Assembly (NCBI GenBank): GCA_031425655.1 | Contig: JANPJS010000318.1 | Span: 1-37,790, forward strand | Length of the DNA: 37,790 bases | Direction of reading: 5' to 3' | Source: Abditibacteriaceae bacterium | GTDB lineage: Bacteria > Armatimonadota > Abditibacteriia > Abditibacteriales > Abditibacteriaceae | In this document: in pieces, positions 6,710 to 16,484 of the stretch | How positions within the stretch are numbered: the stretch's first letter is position 1 | How the letters are laid out: every line of letters starts with the position of its first letter | The notes under the pieces: model-generated | What the model was told of the DNA's origin: nothing | What the model saw: the letters and a program-made list of their open reading frames with translations, nothing else | Databases searched by the model: none | Made by a program: the position numbers and the translations under genes

Positions 6710-9598
6710 CTACGCACCATGAATCCACATCGGTGAAGACCAGGCCAGTTGACCATCGGCTTGCTCGATGCGGACATAATAATAGCTCATGCCCTGACAG
6801 CCTTCGACATCCGTCCATGACAAGTCCACTTGGGTGGTGTTCGGCATGGCAGTGTAGACAATTTTGTTGTTTTTAACGACGATAACGCGCGCTATCGGGC
6901 CGGTGCCGGTCACGCTAATCTGCAAAGACGGCAGCGTTTGGATGGTGAACTCATCGCCCATTATCTTGTTGCCGCAGCGCACGTCCAGCAGGATGTTGTC
7001 CGTGGCCGCGTAACAGTGACGCCGGCGCAAGGCATCCACGACGCCTTGAGGCGTCGGTGTCGAGGCGTAGGCCATGGTGTAAGAAATATGCGTCGAGCGG
7101 TGATCGGACGAGGATTCAAAGCCGAGCCGGTAACCCTTTGCCAGCGCGTTCCACACGTAGCCCGCCGGGTTATAACCGCCAATGGCATCGGCGGCAGTGG
7201 CGCTGCGCGGCGCGCCCTCGTATTCGTAGCTTTGACGGTCGCCTTGATAAATTTCCACGATTGGCTCGACTTCACGGTCGTTATCGCGCCAGTCTGTGCC
7301 GCCGACATACTGTCCAGAGGTATGGGCGGCGCAGATGCCGTCGAAGGCGCGCAGATATTTATAAAGCATCTTGGTGTCGTTGGGCGAAACTCCGTTGGCC
7401 TGATTGCCTTTGAGGCGTGGTAAGGGCCGGATGCCGCGTTCCGGGAAGATTATGTTGCGATGGCCGTCGGGAAAACTCACGCTGCGTTCGTAGGAAAAGA
7501 CCGGCGCGAACTGGCTTGGCACAGTAAAAGCGTCGGTGTGCTTTTGCACCAGCCACCAGGTGTATTCGCGGTCTCCTCCCGATGAGCCGGGAGCTGAGCC
7601 GCTATTGTGGTCGCCGTTGCCGATCCAGTCTAAAGTTGCGGCATCGAGGCCATAGCGCCACATATCAATCAGGCTGCCCTCGCTTTTGCCGTCGCCGGAG
7701 ATTTCCGTGTGACGATGAAACTCGCCACGGACAATCTGATAAACGTCGGGGCCGGCTCTAGCGCGGTAACTCCGCAAACGGCTCACATCGTTACGTTCAG
7801 CCAGAGTTTTGGCGTCCACATCGTGCATCGTTGCGGGGTCGGCAACCAATGCGGGAGCGACGGCGGGGCCAGACCCCGCCATCCCGGTAATCGGCGCGAT
7901 GTAGATTTGATTGCGCCACGGCGTGCTGTAAGTTTGGTTGCGCCCATCGCTGGTATGCACCAGATAAAGCGCGCCGCCCGGCCCGTTGGCGAATGCGGGG
8001 CGGGCGTCTAATGCGTTGTCGGAATTGGGCACCGTGACCACAGGCGCCCAGGAGCTGCCTTCATAGAACGTAACGACCGAGTGCCACGATGTGGAGACAG
8101 TTTCCTGCACATCGGAAATCGGACGGCGGCAGGTGAGAAACACCCGGCCTTTGTCGTCGGTGCCCAGGCGCGGAAACGCCGTTTGGGTGCCCGTGTTGAG
8201 AGTTGCTAAAGTCCCTGCGGTTTTTAAACGCTGCCCGTCGGCATAACAACGCACATTAATGGTGTGGCCCGAATAAAGCGGAATGCCGACAGCGGGGTCT
8301 CTATACAAGCGTCCATAATCCTTGCCCCACAGCGGCCCGGCTTCTTCCCAGGCGATCCACACCCGATTGGCCGCATCGCACACAACCGAAGCTCTGGCCT
8401 CAAATTTTGGTGAGTCGCTGACGTTGATGGCCGGGCCAAATTCTGCGCCGTCCAACCGGCGCAGCATGACATCGTAATCGCCCTTATCGTAGGTGTCCCA
8501 GACAGCCCAGACGCTGCCGTCGTTGCCGCACGCCAGTTGCGGGTCCCAATCGTTGGCGGAACTGGTGCTGATCGGCGTCGCGCCGTTCCAGTTTTCGGTG
8601 CCGCGCGCGACTGAACTTATCAGAATATCGGACGTGCCGTTGGCGAAGCTCTGCCAGGCCAGCCAGATGTTGCCGGAGGCATCGCGCGCCAGCGCGACGT
8701 GTAAGTCGGGGGAGGCGTCCTGCGTAATCTGAATGGGCGGGGAAAGCGCGCCGTTATTATAGCGGCGCGCATAAACGTCCCATTGGCCGCCAACCTTCTG
8801 CGACCACGCGACCCAGACCTCTCCATCTAAGCCTGTGGCCAACGCGGGACGGTAAACATCCTGTCCCGCCGGCGTGAGATCGGCCATATGCGACCACTGT
8901 CCCGCGCCGCCCTGAGCCGTCAGTCGCGCCAGACGAATCTGGTCGCCGTTGCCTTGCGGTCGCAAAAAGTCGAACGATTGCGGCTCCGTCAACATTGGAC
9001 GTAAAAAAGGCAAATTCGACTGGCCGTAGGTATAAGAAACGTAAGCTGTCCACAGTGTGCCGGTCGTGTCGGCGGCGGCAGTGGGAAAGTCGTCTTCCGT
9101 GTTGCCGGCAGGCAGGGTGAATTCCGAGAAAACACGCTCGGCGGAAGCCGCGCCGTTCAGCAGGAGAACAGGCTGTCCGAAGACCAGAGCGGCGGGCGCG
9201 AAACTGAAATTGCCTTGCGCGGTAGTAATCTGAATTTGCGTTTGAGAACTGGCCTTGAGCGTTATCAGAACGCCGTTGGTGTTCATCTTACGGGTGACGG
9301 GACTGATGCGCGTCGAGGCAACCCAACTCGTCGGACTGATCCATTTGTCGGTTGAGCGGAAATTCCAGCCCTGTGAACCGATGAAGGTGCCGTTAACGAT
9401 GCTGAACGAGCCGTCCCAGTTTGTGGGCACGGTATCTTTTTTCCCGAAAAGCACGCGCACCGTTATAGCCTGCGGCTCGACGCGCGTGCCGGCGTCCTGT
9501 CCCACCACCTGAGCGCCGCTGCGCTGCACCCACCACGCGCCGCTGGCCAACATGAAGCCGAGAGCCAAAAAAAGCGAGGCGAAACGAATTTTTTTCAT
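6710..9598 (-). CDS. Secreted protein: propeller-like repeats plus C-terminal PHP-type (DUF3604/CehA-McbA-like) metallohydrolase domain
   Basis: Signal peptide MKKIRFASLFLALGFMLASGA; repeated D-x-x-P-x-L-A..G-x-V-W-x-A-W blades; PHP-like motifs GEFHRHTE, GDH, YE, GHRN, AHT, VEIYQ, SSDH. Confidence 0.8.
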   Translation of the reverse strand: MKKIRFASLFLALGFMLASGAWWVQRSGAQVVGQDAGTRVEPQAITVRVLFGKKDTVPTNWDGSFSIVNGTFIGSQGWNFRSTDKWISPTSWVASTRISPVTRKMNTNGVLITLKASSQTQIQITTAQGNFSFAPAALVFGQPVLLLNGAASAERVFSEFTLPAGNTEDDFPTAAADTTGTLWTAYVSYTYGQSNLPFLRPMLTEPQSFDFLRPQGNGDQIRLARLTAQGGAGQWSHMADLTPAGQDVYRPALATGLDGEVWVAWSQKVGGQWDVYARRYNNGALSPPIQITQDASPDLHVALARDASGNIWLAWQSFANGTSDILISSVARGTENWNGATPISTSSANDWDPQLACGNDGSVWAVWDTYDKGDYDVMLRRLDGAEFGPAINVSDSPKFEARASVVCDAANRVWIAWEEAGPLWGKDYGRLYRDPAVGIPLYSGHTINVRCYADGQRLKTAGTLATLNTGTQTAFPRLGTDDKGRVFLTCRRPISDVQETVSTSWHSVVTFYEGSSWAPVVTVPNSDNALDARPAFANGPGGALYLVHTSDGRNQTYSTPWRNQIYIAPITGMAGSGPAVAPALVADPATMHDVDAKTLAERNDVSRLRSYRARAGPDVYQIVRGEFHRHTEISGDGKSEGSLIDMWRYGLDAATLDWIGNGDHNSGSAPGSSGGDREYTWWLVQKHTDAFTVPSQFAPVFSYERSVSFPDGHRNIIFPERGIRPLPRLKGNQANGVSPNDTKMLYKYLRAFDGICAAHTSGQYVGGTDWRDNDREVEPIVEIYQGDRQSYEYEGAPRSATAADAIGGYNPAGYVWNALAKGYRLGFESSSDHRSTHISYTMAYASTPTPQGVVDALRRRHCYAATDNILLDVRCGNKIMGDEFTIQTLPSLQISVTGTGPIARVIVVKNNKIVYTAMPNTTQVDLSWTDVEGCQGMSYYYVRIEQADGQLAWSSPMWIHGA

Positions 9599-9780
9599 CG
9601 GAATCTCAGCGTCACTACGGCCTCTCTATTTTAAATCAAAAGGTCATGGCTCGAAAGCCGCAACGATGAAATTGTCGTCGCAGCGACCACTCGCCTTTAT
9701 GCGGGTCTGAAATTCTGGCACAATGAAAAGTTATGTCTCTCCACCGCTTTTCGTCCTCCGTGCTGTAGGAAACTCCTCCT

Positions 9781-12700
9781 GTGTTAAAAGCCACCTTTTC
9801 TGCCGGCAACGTATTGTGGGCCGTCCTCATCGGATGGGCGCTGTGGCTCACGGGCGGCGCGGTGAGCGCCGCCACACTCACAGTAGGCAATCCATCGGAT
9901 AGCGGCGTCGGATCGCTGCGTCAGGCCATTGCCGATGCGATGGAGGGCGACACTATCAATGTCCCGTCCGTCGGCACGATTATTCTGAGCAGTGGCGCGC
10001 TCGTCATTGATAAATCGCTAAGCATCGTGGGCACGGGCGCGGTGCCATTGACCATCAGCGGCAATAACGCCACGCGCATTTTTCAGGTTACGTCCGGCAC
10101 GGTCGTGCTGGCCGGTTTTACCCTGACGAGCGGTCTTGCCGAGGCGGGCAGTGCGGGAGGCGCGATTCGCAATTCCGCGACGCTGACCCTCAACAATTGC
10201 ACTGTTACCAACAGCAGAGCCGAAACAGGCGGCGGCATCTGTAATGACGCCGATGCTCTGCTGACTCTGAATAACAGTTTTGTAGATGGCAATGCGGCCA
10301 TCGGGGCGAACGGGGCAAACGGCGGCGGCATCGTCAACTCCGGCATTCTCACGGTCAATTCCAGCACGTTTTACCGCAATCACACCGTTAGCGGCGAGGG
10401 CGCCGGCATTTATCAGGCGCAGGGCGGCCTTCTCGTCAACAACAGCACGTTTTACGGCAACAGCGCCAGTTTTGCCTGTGCGGGACGGGGCGGCGCCCTC
10501 GCCGTCGAGGGCGGCACTGCCGAAGTAAACAACTCCACGATTGCCGGCAATTCGGCCAGCGCCTCGTTTGGCGGCGGCGGCATTTTTCAGGGTGCCGGCA
10601 CCCTGAGCCTCAACAACACGATCTTAGCCGGAAATAGCGCGCCCGATGGCGGCGCGGATTGCAGCGGCACCATCACGACGGGCGATTTTAACTTAGTGCA
10701 GGACACTTCGGGCTGCACGCTGGCCGGCACTCACAACGTGATAGGCCAAGACCCGCTGCTCGGACAAGTGCAAAACAACGGCGGCCTCACGTTCACGATG
10801 GCGCTTCTTTCCGGCAGCCCGGCTCTTGACTCTGGAAAAAGCGCCGGCACGCCGCCCACAGCGACCGACCAACGCGGCGCACCACGGCCTGTCAATTCGC
10901 CTGCCGTCATTTCCGGCGACGGCAGCGACATCGGTGCGTTCGAGGCCAATGATCCCGCGCAAACCGGCTTGTTACTGGTGAACACTCTCTCCGACCATGA
11001 CGATGGCGTCTGCGGCGCTACCGATTGCACCCTGCGCGAGGCGATCCATACGGCCAATAACCGCGCCGGCGACGACGCCATCGGTTTCATTGCGGGATTG
11101 GCCGGCACTATTGGTCTGGAGCAGGCGTTGCCCGCTTTGATGTCCAACATCGTCCTGACCGGCCCCGCCGCGCCGGGAATCATCGTGGAGCGCAGTCAAG
11201 TTCCCAATACGCCCGATTTTTCCATTTTCGTCGTCTCCGAGAGCGCAATAGTGACGATTTCCGCGTTGACTCTGCAACACGGGCGCAGCGAAGCCGGCGG
11301 CGGCATTGTCGTCAATGCCGCCGCCGGCTTGACGCTCAGCGGATGCACGCTTATAGACAACGAGGCAACGGCAGGCGATGGCGGCGGTGTTCTCAATCTC
11401 GGCGCGTTGGCACTTGTCAACTGCACCCTTGCGCGCAACATCGCTCCCAACGGCAAAGGCGGCGGCGTTGCCTCGAACGGCACACTCAGCCTCGCGCACT
11501 GCACTCTGACCGGGAATAGCGCCGGCTCCGGAGGTGGCCTCGACATCGCTCCGGCCACATCGGCCACCATCAACGGCAGCCTGTTCGCAGGCAACAGCGC
11601 GCCGTTGGCTGCGGATTGTCAGGGCGCCTTCACGACGGGCGACTATAACCTTGTTCAAGACCCTTCCGGTTGCGTGCTGTCGGGAGCCAATAATATCACC
11701 GGCCAAGACCCGCTGCTTGGCCCGTTGCAAGACAACGGCGGCCCAACCCCGACCTGCGCGTTACAGTCCGGTAGCCCGGCGCTGGATACCGGCGGCCAGG
11801 CCGGCGGCCTAAGCGCGCCCACCGACCAACGCGGCTTCGTGCGGCCCGCCGATAATCCATCGCTGCCCAACCCGCCCGGCGGCGATGGCAGCGATATTGG
11901 CGCGCTCGAAGCCGATGTGACGCAGGGCAACGGCGTTATCGTTGTGAACACCACCGATGACCTTGACGATGGCGCTTGCACTGTGCGGCATTGCTCACTG
12001 CGCGAAGCCATTAATGCCGCGAACGCTGCTCCCAATGCCGCGCTGCCGGACGAGATTCGCTTCGCTATTCCCGGCACTGGGCCGCGCGTCATCGCGCCGC
12101 TCACGGCGTTTCCGACCATTAGCGAAGCGGTGATTCTGGACGGCACGACCCAAGCGGGTTATGCGGGTCTGCCCATTATCGAAATCAGAGGAACTTCCGC
12201 CGGCGCGGGCGTTGGCGGGCTGACTATCAACGCCGCAGGCTGCCGGGTGAAAGGCTTATCCATCACGCGCTTCGCGGCCAATGGCATCACGCTTTTAGCG
12301 GGCCAAAACGTCGTTGAAAACTGCTGGATCGGTATTTTCGCCGGCTCCACTTCCGGCGGCGCGGCGGGCAACGCCGGCAGCGGCATTTTCATTGACAACG
12401 TGCCGAGCAACACCATCGGCAGCGTAACCGCCGGCCTCGGCAACGTCATTTCCGCCAATAATGGCGATGGCATCCTGTTGCGCGGCAGCAGTGCCGGCAA
12501 TAACCTGGTGATCGGCAATTCTGTTGGCTTGGCTGTCAATGGCACGCTGGCGCTGGGCAACGGCGGCAACGGCATCGGGCTGGATGGAGCGACGCAGAAC
12601 ACTATCGGCGGTCAAACCGGCGGCGAGGGCAATGTTATCGTGGGAAATCGCGGCAACGGCATCTTTTTGCAAGGCGGCGCAACCGGCAATGTTATAAAAG

Positions 12701-14850
12701 GCAACAAAATCGGTGTTGCCCCGAACGGTGCGGCGCTGGGTAATATTGACGACGGCGTGCTCTTGGAAGGCGCATCGGCCAATATTATCGGCGATGCGGC
12801 GAGCGGCGCGGGCAACGTCATTGCCGGCAACGGGAACCACGGCGTTCAGATTACGAATGGCGACGGCAATACGATTCGCGGCAACGCGATTTACTCCAAT
12901 ACGCTGCTCGGTATAGAACTCGGCACCGATGGCGTCACGATCAACGACGCGCTTGACGCCGATGCCGGCCCGAATCAAGCGCAAAATTACCCGGTTATTA
13001 CGGACGTGACGACAACAAACGACCAGACGACGATTGGCGGCACTTTCAACAGCCAGCCAAACGCGACGTATATTCTGGATTTCTATCAAGGGCTGGTTCC
13101 CGATCCCAGCGGCAACGGCGAAGGCGACGTGTTCTTGCAAGATGCCGGTGGAGCCGGTTCGCCGGTTGTCACCACTGACGCGAATGGCTTCGCGGCTTTT
13201 AGCTTTACCATTGCCGGAAATCTCGGCGATCAATACGTCAGTGCGACGGCTACTGATGCCGCCGGCAACACCAGCGAATTCTCCGGGGTTATAAATTCTC
13301 CATCCGTCACAGTCACCGATGTCACGGTCACCGAGGGCAATGCCGGCGTCGTAAGGGCTGATTTTGTCGTGAGTTTGTCTGTCGCCGGTAGTCGAACAAT
13401 ATCGGTGAACTACGCCTCCGTCAATGGCACCGCCTTAGCGCCGGGCGATTATACCGCGACCACAGGCACCTTAAGCTTCGCGCCGGGCCAGACCAGCAAA
13501 ACAGTCAGCGTCTCGGTGAACGGTAATTACGTGCCGGAAAGCGATGAAACTCTGTTCCTCAACTTGAGCGATGCGGTCAATGCAACGCTGGGCGACGCGC
13601 AAGGTATAGGCACTATCGCCAACGACGATTTCGACACGACGCCTCCCAGCGTGAACTTCACGACTTCGGCGACTACGCCGGCGGGCACCACGCCACTGAG
13701 CAACGCCACGCTTTACAACGCGATTCCAACGATTACCGGCGTCGCGGCGGATGCGGGCAGCGGAGTATCGAAAGTCGAACTGCGTTTGTATCGTGCGTCC
13801 GCCGTGGCGGGGGTTTACGAAGAGTGGAACGGCACTGTTTGGACTGCGAGCGCGCGGTTGAGCACGGTTTTGAGTCCGGCGGCGGGCGGTGCCAATGTGA
13901 GCTTTAGCAAGAGCGGCGGTTGGCCCAGCGGCAGCAATCTGTCGAGCGGCACTTACTATCTGGTGGCTTACGCCTATGACCGGGCCGGCAAGTATGGCTT
14001 TTTCGCCACCATTTTCAAAATAGTGAGTGACACGACGCCTCCCAGCGTGAGTTTCACGACTTCAGCGACGACTCCTGTCGGCACCACACCACTGAAGAAT
14101 GCCACGCTTTACGAGGCGATTCCAACGATTACCGGCGTGGCGGCGGATGCGGGCAGCGGAGTATCGAAAGTCGAACTGCGTTTATATCGCGCGTCCGCCG
14201 TGGCGGGGGTTTACGAAGAGTGGAACGGCACGGTTTGGACTGCGAGCGCGCGGTTGAGCACGGTTCTGAGTCCGACGGCGGGCGGTGCCAATGTGAGCTT
14301 TAGCAAGAGCGGCGGTTGGCCCAGCGGCAGCAATCTATCGAGCGGCACTTACTATCTGGTGGCTTACGCCTATGATCGGGTCGGTAAATCAGCTGCCGTG
14401 AATACGTTTTTCAAAGTGGGCAATGACACCACAGCGCCCAGTGTAAGTTTCACGACTCCGACCACCAATCCGTCCGGCACGACGCCGCTTGAGAACAGCA
14501 CGGTTGGCGCTATCCCCGACATTACCGGCGTGGCAGCGGATGGCGGGAGCGGCATCGCGCGCGTGGATTTACGTTTGTATCGCGCGACAAGCACAGCCGG
14601 GGTTTACGAGGAATGGAACGGCACGACTTGGACAGCTTCGGCGCGATTAAGCACAACGATGAGTCCGGCAAGCGGCGGCGCCAGTGTAAGTTGGAATCGC
14701 AGCGGCGTCTGGCCGACGGGCAGCAACCTGGCGAACGGCACTTACTATCTCGTCGCTTACGCTTATGATCGCGCCGGTAAATCAGCCTACATCGCTACTA
14801 TTTTCAAGGTCAGTTCTTCGAATAGTGCCACCCGTAGCGCTCCCGGTTAA
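9781..14850 (+). CDS. Large secreted/surface protein: choice-of-anchor-Q and CSLREA repeats, right-handed beta-helix, Calx-beta domain, three Ig-like repeats
   Basis: GSLRQAI, CTLREAI and CSLREAI; LGPLQDNGGPTPT..SPALD..DQRG..DIGA; NQAQNYPVI..GNTSEFS; Calx-beta (VTEGNAG..DYTATTGTLSFAPGQTSKT..ESDETL); DTTPPSV repeats. Confidence 0.85.
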   Translation: MLKATFSAGNVLWAVLIGWALWLTGGAVSAATLTVGNPSDSGVGSLRQAIADAMEGDTINVPSVGTIILSSGALVIDKSLSIVGTGAVPLTISGNNATRIFQVTSGTVVLAGFTLTSGLAEAGSAGGAIRNSATLTLNNCTVTNSRAETGGGICNDADALLTLNNSFVDGNAAIGANGANGGGIVNSGILTVNSSTFYRNHTVSGEGAGIYQAQGGLLVNNSTFYGNSASFACAGRGGALAVEGGTAEVNNSTIAGNSASASFGGGGIFQGAGTLSLNNTILAGNSAPDGGADCSGTITTGDFNLVQDTSGCTLAGTHNVIGQDPLLGQVQNNGGLTFTMALLSGSPALDSGKSAGTPPTATDQRGAPRPVNSPAVISGDGSDIGAFEANDPAQTGLLLVNTLSDHDDGVCGATDCTLREAIHTANNRAGDDAIGFIAGLAGTIGLEQALPALMSNIVLTGPAAPGIIVERSQVPNTPDFSIFVVSESAIVTISALTLQHGRSEAGGGIVVNAAAGLTLSGCTLIDNEATAGDGGGVLNLGALALVNCTLARNIAPNGKGGGVASNGTLSLAHCTLTGNSAGSGGGLDIAPATSATINGSLFAGNSAPLAADCQGAFTTGDYNLVQDPSGCVLSGANNITGQDPLLGPLQDNGGPTPTCALQSGSPALDTGGQAGGLSAPTDQRGFVRPADNPSLPNPPGGDGSDIGALEADVTQGNGVIVVNTTDDLDDGACTVRHCSLREAINAANAAPNAALPDEIRFAIPGTGPRVIAPLTAFPTISEAVILDGTTQAGYAGLPIIEIRGTSAGAGVGGLTINAAGCRVKGLSITRFAANGITLLAGQNVVENCWIGIFAGSTSGGAAGNAGSGIFIDNVPSNTIGSVTAGLGNVISANNGDGILLRGSSAGNNLVIGNSVGLAVNGTLALGNGGNGIGLDGATQNTIGGQTGGEGNVIVGNRGNGIFLQGGATGNVIKGNKIGVAPNGAALGNIDDGVLLEGASANIIGDAASGAGNVIAGNGNHGVQITNGDGNTIRGNAIYSNTLLGIELGTDGVTINDALDADAGPNQAQNYPVITDVTTTNDQTTIGGTFNSQPNATYILDFYQGLVPDPSGNGEGDVFLQDAGGAGSPVVTTDANGFAAFSFTIAGNLGDQYVSATATDAAGNTSEFSGVINSPSVTVTDVTVTEGNAGVVRADFVVSLSVAGSRTISVNYASVNGTALAPGDYTATTGTLSFAPGQTSKTVSVSVNGNYVPESDETLFLNLSDAVNATLGDAQGIGTIANDDFDTTPPSVNFTTSATTPAGTTPLSNATLYNAIPTITGVAADAGSGVSKVELRLYRASAVAGVYEEWNGTVWTASARLSTVLSPAAGGANVSFSKSGGWPSGSNLSSGTYYLVAYAYDRAGKYGFFATIFKIVSDTTPPSVSFTTSATTPVGTTPLKNATLYEAIPTITGVAADAGSGVSKVELRLYRASAVAGVYEEWNGTVWTASARLSTVLSPTAGGANVSFSKSGGWPSGSNLSSGTYYLVAYAYDRVGKSAAVNTFFKVGNDTTAPSVSFTTPTTNPSGTTPLENSTVGAIPDITGVAADGGSGIARVDLRLYRATSTAGVYEEWNGTTWTASARLSTTMSPASGGASVSWNRSGVWPTGSNLANGTYYLVAYAYDRAGKSAYIATIFKVSSSNSATRSAPG
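13633..14811 (+). repeat. Three tandem 396-bp (132-aa) intragenic Ig-like domain repeats
   Basis: Units start at 13633, 14029 and 14425; units 1 and 2 are near-identical in DNA, unit 3 is diverged. Confidence 0.9.
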
Positions 14851-14901
14851 TCTGAGATGCCCGGCTCTTTGCCGTCGCTGGCTCCTTCCGCTTGGGCGTA
14901 T

Positions 14902-15249
14902 TTAGCGCATGAGGCGCTTCTGGTAATCTTCGAGTGAAAAACCAGCACATTCCGCCGGATGGACACAGCACAGATTTTTCCAATCGCTGATGTTTTGGTC
15001 ATCGAGTAACACGTTTGGCTTTGGCAAAAAAGCGACGAAACAATCACCGATGCCGAATTCCTCTGCGCTTTGCCTTGCGTAATCTGCGCCGCCTGAACTC
15101 CAGCAATACAAAATGGCACCCTGTTCTTTGAGCACCCGAATTTGCTTGATTGTCGCCGTCATGGGGATGCGCTTTTGTCCGGCGCTACGCACGAAAGTGT
15201 CGTCTACATCCACGAAAATGTAAAACGGATTCGGCACGGTCATATCCAT
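14902..15249 (-). CDS. Small capless HAD-superfamily phosphatase-like protein (DUF705-like)
   Basis: DVDDT motif I, CWSSGG motif II, LPKP..LLDD motifs III/IV. Confidence 0.75.
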   Translation of the reverse strand: MDMTVPNPFYIFVDVDDTFVRSAGQKRIPMTATIKQIRVLKEQGAILYCWSSGGADYARQSAEEFGIGDCFVAFLPKPNVLLDDQNISDWKNLCCVHPAECAGFSLEDYQKRLMR

Positions 15250-15258
15250 AGGTTGCCG

Positions 15259-16086
15259 TTACGCTCCCGGCTCTTTGCCGACGTGAGCGCTCTGCGCTTG
15301 CGCGGCTCTGGCGCGTGCTGCGCGGGCGGTGCGTTTTTGGTTATTCCACGGAAAATCGCGCGGCTCGGTGCGCGGCTGCGGCGCCAGTCCGAAGCCTAAA
15401 ATATAAGCGCGGCGCGGCTGGTCGGACAAGTTCGGCGCCGTGTAGTGCATCGTCCGCGAAAGATGAAAGGTCGCGCCGCCGGGTGGCAAGGGGCATATCG
15501 CCACTTGCGTTGCGTCCGGTGCTTCGTCAATTTCCAAGCCGTGAATGCGTGGGTCGTTGTTGATGGTGTGGTGCGGCTGCACCGGCCATTCGTGCGTGCC
15601 GGGCACGAATTGCATACAGCCGTTTTCCAATGTCGCTTCCTGCAAGGGAATCCACACGCTGAGCGAATAATAATCGAGGTCGGCGTTCCAGTAGGCCTCG
15701 TCTTGATGCCACGGCGTCGGCGCCCCGTGCCGCGCGGGTTTGAGAATGGCGTGTTCGCCCATGTCCACGATGCCGTCGCCAAGAAGCTGGCGCGCGATGG
15801 CCCGCGCGTTGGTGCGCAATAATGTGTCGCGCAGTTCCGGCGCGTATTTCACCGGATTCAAAATCTGCGGCAGTGCGGCGGGTTTGCCTTCCTCGTCTGT
15901 GCCGGCAAGGTCGAATTGGTTGCCTTCGTCGCGTCCGGCGCGGGTGGCGAAAAGGCGGTCGTAAACCTCGCGCACGAAGGCGACTTCTGCGGGCGTGGTG
16001 ATTTTTTCAATCGCCAAATAGCCGTTATGCCGAAAAAATTCGACTTGTTCGGAAGAAACGGAAATGGTGGATTCAATTTCGGCCAT
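15259..16086 (-). CDS. Phytanoyl-CoA dioxygenase (PhyH) family Fe(II)/2OG dioxygenase
   Basis: TPWHQD, WIPL..ENGCMQFVPGTH, FH..TMH..N..R motifs. Confidence 0.9.
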   Translation of the reverse strand: MAEIESTISVSSEQVEFFRHNGYLAIEKITTPAEVAFVREVYDRLFATRAGRDEGNQFDLAGTDEEGKPAALPQILNPVKYAPELRDTLLRTNARAIARQLLGDGIVDMGEHAILKPARHGAPTPWHQDEAYWNADLDYYSLSVWIPLQEATLENGCMQFVPGTHEWPVQPHHTINNDPRIHGLEIDEAPDATQVAICPLPPGGATFHLSRTMHYTAPNLSDQPRRAYILGFGLAPQPRTEPRDFPWNNQKRTARAARARAAQAQSAHVGKEPGA

Positions 16087-16091
16087 GAGTT

Positions 16092-16484
16092 TTAAGTCGC
16101 TTGCAAAACGTGCAAGGCGTAGCGTTGTTTCAGTTCGCCGTTGACTAATACTTCGACGAAAAGCGGGCCGGGTTTATGCAGAGGCAGGCCGGCGAAAACT
16201 TGCACGGCGGTGAAATGCGCCAGCAAATCGGTTAGCTCGAAAGTGATGGGTTCGCCCGCGATGATGACGTTGTCGTCGCCGTCCACGAAGCGGGTTTGCT
16301 GCATCCATTCGCCTTCGCCGTTGCACCATTTGTTGACCACGCAGCAATTGGCGTGTTGGGCCGGAAACTGGCTGACGGCGATTTGCTCGAACAATCCAAG
16401 CAAAATCCATTTGCCGTTTTGCTCGCGGCGAACTTCGTCGCAAAGCACGGTGTAAAGCAGGTCGGGTTCAATCATCTGCGCCAA
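16092..16484 (-). CDS. Hypothetical protein, DUF6941-like
   Basis: LCDEVRREQNGKWILLGLF ... LP..PG.L.VEVLVNGE pattern; overlaps the anmK 3' end. Confidence 0.65.
   Translation of the reverse strand: MAQMIEPDLLYTVLCDEVRREQNGKWILLGLFEQIAVSQFPAQHANCCVVNKWCNGEGEWMQQTRFVDGDDNVIIAGEPITFELTDLLAHFTAVQVFAGLPLHKPGPLFVEVLVNGELKQRYALHVLQAT

Noticed and set aside
10972..13233. Long antisense ORFs (252 and 312 aa) within the surface-protein gene
   Set aside because: Shadow frames of Gly/Asn/Ala-rich coding sequence
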